Positions 58,343-64,000 of a DNA stretch of 64,000 nucleotides are shown here, piece by piece. Location: the NCBI GenBank assembly GCA_963666425.2, contig OY762825.2, positions 640,001-704,000 of the forward strand, in the 5' to 3' direction. The position numbers and the translations under genes are program-made. This DNA is from Bacillota bacterium. GTDB taxonomy: Bacteria > Bacillota > JAAYKD01. The notes beneath the pieces are model-generated. The model searched no databases and was not told the DNA's origin. It worked only from the letters and a program-made list of their open reading frames with translations. The stretch's first letter is position 1, and every line of letters starts with the position of its first letter.

Positions 58343-59533
58343 ATGCAGCACATTTACTTTGACCAAGCCAGCAGTTCATTTCCCAAAGCGGAGGGTGTTT
58401 CTGATGCCATCAAGCACTTTCTGGATCAGGGTGCTTTTAATATTAACCGCGGCAGTTATGAAGCGGCTTATGAAATTTCACAGCTGGTCCTAGAAACCAG
58501 AGAACTGCTCGCCGATTTGTTTCATTTTGCACCGGTAAAAAATGTGATATTCACACCCGGCGTGACCTATTCCTTAAATTTTCTGATCAAAGGGCTCTTT
58601 CATACCGGTGATCATCTGATCTGTTCTTCCATGGAGCACAATGCCGTCATGCGGCCGCTGACGCAAACCGCCAAACTTGGTGTTCGCTTTGATGCAGCGT
58701 TATGTCGGCCGGATGGCAGCTTGGATCCGCAGCGGATCGAAGATCTGATCCAGCCCCAGACCAAAGCAGTCATCCTCACCGCTGCCTCCAATGTTTGCGG
58801 CAGCTTTTTGCCGCTGGCAGAAATCGGACGGATCTGCCGTCAGCATCAGCTTTGGTTTATTCTGGACAGCGCGCAGATGGCCGGTACATTTCCTTTGGAT
58901 ATGCAGGCACTGCAGATTGACGCGCTCGCTTTTCCCGGGCATAAAGGTCTCCTGGGTCCACAGGGAATTGGTGGAATGCTGATTTCCGAGGAAATCGCCC
59001 AGCTGGCTGAACCCCTGATCAGCGGTGGCACCGGCAGTGCTTCCCATTTGGAAGAGATGCCTGCCCTGCTGCCGGATCGGTTCGAAGCGGGAACCTTGAA
59101 CCTGCCCGGGATCATCGGCTTACGAGCCGCTCTGCAATATTTAGCCAAGCAGCCGGCAGCTGCTATAGCAGCAAAAGAACTCGCTCTCACAGCAGCATTT
59201 CTGCGGGGAGCCGCTGATTTACCACAGGTCCGGATCATCGGGTTACCGGGCTGCGCAAAACGTGCGCCTGTCGTCTCGCTTGATTTTTGCGGTGATGACA
59301 ATGCCCGCATCGCTTATCAATTGGAAAGTGATTTTGGCATCATGACCAGAGTTGGTTTGCACTGCGCCCCTCGCGCTCACCAAACCTTGGGGACCTTCCC
59401 ACAGGGAACCGTGCGCTTTTCTTTCGGGCAGCAGAATACAGAGGATGAAGTGAACTTTTGCTTGGCAGCACTGAAGAAAATTCTGCGCCGTCAGCCGTGT
59501 AGCAGCAGCAAAGGAGACTCCCATGCACTTTAA
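58343..59533 (+). CDS. Class V PLP cysteine/selenocysteine desulfurase family protein
   Basis: [39 protein letters not shown]. Confidence 0.88.
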   Translation: MQHIYFDQASSSFPKAEGVSDAIKHFLDQGAFNINRGSYEAAYEISQLVLETRELLADLFHFAPVKNVIFTPGVTYSLNFLIKGLFHTGDHLICSSMEHNAVMRPLTQTAKLGVRFDAALCRPDGSLDPQRIEDLIQPQTKAVILTAASNVCGSFLPLAEIGRICRQHQLWFILDSAQMAGTFPLDMQALQIDALAFPGHKGLLGPQGIGGMLISEEIAQLAEPLISGGTGSASHLEEMPALLPDRFEAGTLNLPGIIGLRAALQYLAKQPAAAIAAKELALTAAFLRGAADLPQVRIIGLPGCAKRAPVVSLDFCGDDNARIAYQLESDFGIMTRVGLHCAPRAHQTLGTFPQGTVRFSFGQQNTEDEVNFCLAALKKILRRQPCSSSKGDSHAL

Positions 59534-60446
59534 ACAGATCGAAGCCTTTGTTCAGGTTGCTCGCGAGAAAAGCTTCTCCAAAGCCGCCAAAGCGATGTAT
59601 CTGTCTCAGCCAACCATCAGCGCCCATATCACTGCTTTGGAAGAGGAACTGCAGGCAAAATTGCTGGTGCGCTCAACAAAGGAAGTCTACCCATCGAAAG
59701 CAGGCAGAATCTTTTACCAATACGCCTTGGAAATTCTCACCCTGCGCGACAAGGCACTGCTTGAGGTGAAGAGTTATTCTACAGAACTGAAAGGTACCCT
59801 GACCATCGCTGCCTCCACCGTGCCGGCCCAGTATCTCCTGCCGGAGATCTTACCCTGCCTGGTAGGAAAATATCCGGATATCTGTTATTCTATTCTGCAG
59901 TGTGACAGCATTGAGGTGCTGCACAAAATACAGAATTCAGAAGCGGAAATCGGGCTCAGCGGTACGGCTTTTGAGAAAAATTCCTGTGTCTTCGAGCCGT
60001 TTACCAATGACCAATTGGTTTTAATCACCCCCAATACTGAGTACTACCGTTCCTTTCACGGGGTAATACCATGGGAAGAATTTAAAAAAGTGCCATTTTT
60101 GTTTCGGGAGTCCGGTTCCGGCACACGCAAGGAATCGGAGGTATTTCTCAGCTATTGCGGTATTGACGCCAAGCAATTGCATTGCTCGATTCAGCTGCAA
60201 AGCACCGAAAGCATTATTCAAGCGGTAAAAAACAACCTGGGCATTTCCATTGTCTCGGCAAGAGCCTGTCAAGACCAGCAGAAATTCGGTATGATCCTTA
60301 GCTTTCCAGTGGGAGCTCCCTGTTTGCAGCGAAGTTTTTATCTTGTTTATCATAAAAGTCGACCGCTCTCTCCGGCTGCGGAAGCCTTTCTGCGCGAGGT
60401 CAGAAAAATCTACTCCCAGCAAGAAAAAGCAACCAACGTTATTTGA
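59523..60446 (+). CDS. LysR-family regulator (selenium-metabolism-associated context)
   Basis: [36 protein letters not shown]. Confidence 0.9.
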   Translation: MHFKQIEAFVQVAREKSFSKAAKAMYLSQPTISAHITALEEELQAKLLVRSTKEVYPSKAGRIFYQYALEILTLRDKALLEVKSYSTELKGTLTIAASTVPAQYLLPEILPCLVGKYPDICYSILQCDSIEVLHKIQNSEAEIGLSGTAFEKNSCVFEPFTNDQLVLITPNTEYYRSFHGVIPWEEFKKVPFLFRESGSGTRKESEVFLSYCGIDAKQLHCSIQLQSTESIIQAVKNNLGISIVSARACQDQQKFGMILSFPVGAPCLQRSFYLVYHKSRPLSPAAEAFLREVRKIYSQQEKATNVI

Positions 60447-60467
60447 TTTTAATATCAGAAAAAATAC

Positions 60468-60517
60468 AATCTCCCTGTGGCAGCCTGATCTGATGGCTGC
60501 CACAGGGAGATTTTTTG
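60468..60517. terminator. Terminator between convergent genes
   Basis: AATCTCCCTGTGGCAGCC...GGCTGCCACAGGGAGATT plus T-run. Confidence 0.82.
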
Positions 60518-60568
60518 ATCTTGAGTTCAACGATTCACTCAAGCTGAAAAAGCCAATCACTTTCTCCG

Positions 60569-61420
60569 TTATTTTTGATATTTTGCGAACAATTCCCGGA
60601 AACCTTCGATCGGCTCCGAGATGTGATAGGCATGCTGATCTTCCGGGAAGACACCGGTTTTGACGTCCTTGACATACTCCTTGAATGCTTCCGTTTCCAC
60701 TTGCGCCACATTGGCGTATTTTTTTACAAATTTCGGCGTGAAGGCTTGGAATAATCCCAACATATCACCGCAAATCAGCAATTGTCCGTCTGCCGCACCG
60801 GCACCGATGCTATAGACAGGAATGGTCAGCAGTTGGCAGAGGAAAGCAGTTACTTCCGGTGGTACGGCTTCGACTAAAATAGAATAAGCTCCCGCTGCCT
60901 CGACTGCCAGAGCGTCCTCAATCACGGCTTGAGCGCTGGCAACTGTGCGTCCCTGCGCCATAAAGCCACCCAATTGTCCGGAACTCTGCGGAGTCAGACC
61001 GATATGGCCCATGACGGCAATTCCGGCATCGGCTATGGCGCGGATTCTGCTTTGGACGCGAACACCGCCCTCCAGCTTAATCGCATCGACCTGCGCTTCT
61101 TTGAGGAAGCGGCAGGCATTGTAGACAGCGTCTTCATTGGAAGTTTGATATGAGCCAAACGGCATATCGCCGATGATAAAGGTATTGGGAGCGCCACGTT
61201 TGACAGCTTGACAGTGGGACAAACAGTCTTCCATGGTAACAGGATTCGTCCCCTGGTAGCCCAAGACGATCATACCGAGCGAATCTCCCACCAGAATCAT
61301 ATCCATGCCGGCTGCTTCCTCAAAGGTTGCCATCGGATAATCATAGCAGGTCATCCAAGCAACCTGCTCGCCTTTTGCCTTCATTTTCCGAAAATCAAGC
61401 ACCGATTTTTTCTTTGCCAT
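60569..61420 (-). CDS. panB: 3-methyl-2-oxobutanoate hydroxymethyltransferase
   Basis: TCYD, LVGDSLG, DMPFGSY, KLEGG, GHIGLTPQ, IGAG..DGQ, PKFVK. Confidence 0.93.
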   Translation of the reverse strand: MAKKKSVLDFRKMKAKGEQVAWMTCYDYPMATFEEAAGMDMILVGDSLGMIVLGYQGTNPVTMEDCLSHCQAVKRGAPNTFIIGDMPFGSYQTSNEDAVYNACRFLKEAQVDAIKLEGGVRVQSRIRAIADAGIAVMGHIGLTPQSSGQLGGFMAQGRTVASAQAVIEDALAVEAAGAYSILVEAVPPEVTAFLCQLLTIPVYSIGAGAADGQLLICGDMLGLFQAFTPKFVKKYANVAQVETEAFKEYVKDVKTGVFPEDQHAYHISEPIEGFRELFAKYQK

Positions 61421-61450
61421 TCTAAAAATTCCTCCTTCATACTTACTGAA

Positions 61451-62641
61451 CTAGACTGTCGCCTGCAAACTGGCCGTAAACGCTGCGATGCGGGCGGCTG
61501 CTTCCTGGATATTCTCCATTGAATTCGCCGTGGATAAGCGCAGATGGTCTTTGCCATAGAAACCAAAGGATTCTCCGTCCAATGCCGCTACACCGGCTTC
61601 TTTTAACAGGCGATCAGCGAATTCCGCACTGCCGATACCGGTTTTTTTCACGCTGGGAAAGACGTAAAAGGCGCTGTTCGGGATTTGGCATTCAATTCCG
61701 TCAATTTGATTGAGCGCTTTTGCCAGCCAAACGGAACGTTCCGCAAAAGCATCGCGCATCATCGTCACACTCTCCTGCGGACCACGCAGGGCTTCAATGG
61801 CAGCGATCTGACTGAACGAAGCGGCACAGCCATTGCTGTTGACCATCAGGGTAGAAAACGCTGCGGCAATATCCGCCTGCATCACGCCATAACCCAGACG
61901 CCAGCCGGTCATGGCATAGGTTTTAGAAAAACCATCCAGTAAAATGGTGCGATCCTTCATCCCTGCAACGGCTGCCGAAGACAGCGCTTGGGTTTGATCG
62001 AAAATCAGTCGGTCATAAATCTCATCACAAAGAATATAAGCTTTGGAATGATCACGGATGATTTCCACCAACTGCAGCATCCGCTCTTTACTGATCATAT
62101 GGCCGGTTGGATTGGACGGATTGTTTAAAATGACGAGTTTCGTTTTCTCATTCAGCAGCGATCTCAATTCGTCCGGGTCCGGCTGAAAAGAATTCTCAAC
62201 CAGCAGCTTTAAAGCCACCTCTTTGCCTCCGGTAAAATGAATGCAGGAGGCATAGGTTGGAAAACCGGGATTGGGGCAAATGACTTCATCGCCGGGATTG
62301 ATCAAAGCCAGCATGGTATAAAAAATGATCGGTTTGGCGCCGGGCGTCACCACGATCTCGTCCGGATTCGTTTTCACCTGCTTGTATTTCCAACAGTATT
62401 CGGCAATGGCCTGCCGCGTTTCCAGCAGTCCCTGCGCCGCGGTATAACCCGTCTTGCCCGCCGCAATCGCCTGAAACGCCGCCTGTTGTATATTCAGCGG
62501 TGTGTGAAAATTCGGCTGTCCGATTTCCAGATGGATAATATTTCGGCCCTGTGCTTCCAAAGCGGTCGCCTGGGCTAAAACCTTGTAAGCGCCTTCTCCC
62601 TGCAGCAAGGAGATACGCTGCGCCAGCGGACTATCCTGCAT
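61451..62641 (-). CDS. Class I/II PLP aminotransferase (AspC-like)
   Basis: LEIGQP, GAK, NNPSNPTG, DEIY, GFSKTYAMTGWRLGY. Confidence 0.92.
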   Translation of the reverse strand: MQDSPLAQRISLLQGEGAYKVLAQATALEAQGRNIIHLEIGQPNFHTPLNIQQAAFQAIAAGKTGYTAAQGLLETRQAIAEYCWKYKQVKTNPDEIVVTPGAKPIIFYTMLALINPGDEVICPNPGFPTYASCIHFTGGKEVALKLLVENSFQPDPDELRSLLNEKTKLVILNNPSNPTGHMISKERMLQLVEIIRDHSKAYILCDEIYDRLIFDQTQALSSAAVAGMKDRTILLDGFSKTYAMTGWRLGYGVMQADIAAAFSTLMVNSNGCAASFSQIAAIEALRGPQESVTMMRDAFAERSVWLAKALNQIDGIECQIPNSAFYVFPSVKKTGIGSAEFADRLLKEAGVAALDGESFGFYGKDHLRLSTANSMENIQEAAARIAAFTASLQATV

Positions 62642-62874
62642 GAACATCCCTCCTATTCCGGTCTGATCTCGTGCAATTCGATTTGAAAAAACGGTAATGA
62701 CATGGAATCCAACACAGATAAACTAAAAATACCACCTTGCATGATAACTGTCAATAGGATATCGTCAGAAAATGTTGCGAAAACCAGAACAGCAGAAAGG
62801 AGAATGCCGGGGGGAAAACTAACTAAGAGAAGAAAGATTTACTGAGAAAAACAGCAGGGCAAGGAGATGATTCC

Positions 62875-63672
62875 ATGAAAAAAGGCATTAATGAAGTTGG
62901 TATTCCCAAGGGGTTGAGCCGCGCCGAGGAATTCGCCTGGGTATCTGCGGCCGGATTTGACGGAATCGAATTGAATTTAGAAAATCCTCTCTCCCCAACA
63001 GAAGTTGCGGAAATTCTGCAGTTATGCAGAAAACATCATTTGGAAATCATCGGCCTGGTTTCACCTCATCTGTGGCAGTACCGCCTGACCTCCAATGACT
63101 CTGCCAAACGCAAGCGGGCGCAGGAAATTGTGAAACAACTGGTCATCGACGCCAAAGCATTGCAGGCCAGCTGCATTTTGGTTGTACCCGGTATGGTGGA
63201 TGAGGAAACTTCTTACCTCGAAGCCTATGATAACGCTTTGCAGGCGCTGCGGGAATTGAAACCTTTTCTGCAGCACTACGGCGTATTTGTAGGGATTGAA
63301 AACGTTTGGAACAAATTTTTACTGTCTCCCTTGGAAATGCGGCATTTCATTGAAGAAATCGATTCGCCGCTGGTGGGAGCTTATTTTGATGTTGGCAATG
63401 CCGTGGTCAATTCCTACCCCGAATATTGGATTGAAATCCTCGATGATATGCTGCTCCGCATTCACTTGAAAGATTTTAAACGCTCTGTCGGCAACCTGGA
63501 AGGCTTTGTCGATTTATTGGAAGGGGATGTCAATTGGCCGCGGGTGATGTCTGCCCTGCGCGCCGCCACCTATGACGGTTATCTCACTGTAGAGGTCCCC
63601 TTCGCAAAATTGGCACCGCAGCATTTTTTGAACAATACCATCAGTCATCTGGAAACCATTTTCAGCATGTAA
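62875..63672 (+). CDS. Sugar phosphate isomerase/epimerase (xylose isomerase-like TIM barrel)
   Basis: GFDGIEL, VVPG, IENVWNKFL, YFDVGN, IHLKD, YDGYLTVE. Confidence 0.87.
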   Translation: MKKGINEVGIPKGLSRAEEFAWVSAAGFDGIELNLENPLSPTEVAEILQLCRKHHLEIIGLVSPHLWQYRLTSNDSAKRKRAQEIVKQLVIDAKALQASCILVVPGMVDEETSYLEAYDNALQALRELKPFLQHYGVFVGIENVWNKFLLSPLEMRHFIEEIDSPLVGAYFDVGNAVVNSYPEYWIEILDDMLLRIHLKDFKRSVGNLEGFVDLLEGDVNWPRVMSALRAATYDGYLTVEVPFAKLAPQHFLNNTISHLETIFSM

Positions 63673-63685
63673 AGGAGTATTTTGT

Positions 63686-64000
63686 ATGAGAGCAGCTTTA
63701 ATCGGTCTGGGAGCCATGGGCAGAGGTCATTTGGATAACTATCTTCGTATGCTGAAAGACAGCGGTCCGCTGCAATTGGTGGCAGTCTGTGACGTGGATC
63801 CGGCGAAATTTGAGAATTTTCAAGGGCAGCTGAATCTGGAAGGGATCGGCGACAGTCATTATGATTTCAGCCAATTTCACTGCTATCACGATCTGGATGA
63901 AATGCTGGCTAAAGAAGACTTGAAATTTGTGACGATCGCTCTGCCCACCTTTTTGCATTGTCAGACCGCAGTGAAATGCCTGCAGCGGGGCTTGCATGTT
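63686..64000 (+). CDS. Gfo/Idh/MocA oxidoreductase (partial, runs off window end)
   Basis: Not in ORF track. ATG after AAGGAG; MRAALIGLGAMGRGH...VAVCD...LPTFLH...GLHV. Confidence 0.85.
   Translation, partial: MRAALIGLGAMGRGHLDNYLRMLKDSGPLQLVAVCDVDPAKFENFQGQLNLEGIGDSHYDFSQFHCYHDLDEMLAKEDLKFVTIALPTFLHCQTAVKCLQRGLHV

Noticed and set aside
52701-60446. Hidden selenoproteins (TGA read-through) in the redox and selenium-associated genes
   Set aside because: All expected catalytic positions are Cys codons and the proteins are full length; TGA stops fall at normal C-termini.
62794-62826. Possible SigH promoter before the epimerase gene
   Set aside because: The AAAGGAGAA -35 is present but the -10 position reads TAAC, not GAAT; too weak to call.

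Overview
Gene-dense core-genome-like region of a probably anaerobic Bacillota (Firmicute); the assignment rests on SigA/SigH-type promoters, PurBoxes, an SLH-like protein and a NifS/NifU Fe-S system. No rRNA, tRNA, CRISPR array, IS or prophage was seen. Main content: prolyl oligopeptidase, deoC, a PurR-controlled pur cluster (purE-purB / purS-Q-L-F-M-N-H-D, with purC and purK absent), lemA plus two DUF2207 paralogues, a DUF4353 beta-helix lipoprotein, a heterodimeric ABC exporter, nadD-nadE, an apparently catalytically dead GH20, a VTC-domain/DUF4956 pair, guaB, a GldAFG-like ABC/DUF4340 operon, an Rrf2-nifS-nifU-trxB-QueG-like operon, a YedE/YedF/DUF3343 + desulfurase + LysR sulfur/selenium module, and panB. 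The best candidate for an undescribed system: the VTC-DUF4956 operon and the DUF4353 lipoprotein gene, 21 kb apart, carry near-identical promoters (YTTCAG-N5-TTTAAG-N10-TATRCT, a CiaR/OmpR-type architecture). This suggests a split but co-regulated polyphosphate synthesis/translocation/surface-binding module. All family assignments come from motif recognition by eye, not database searches.
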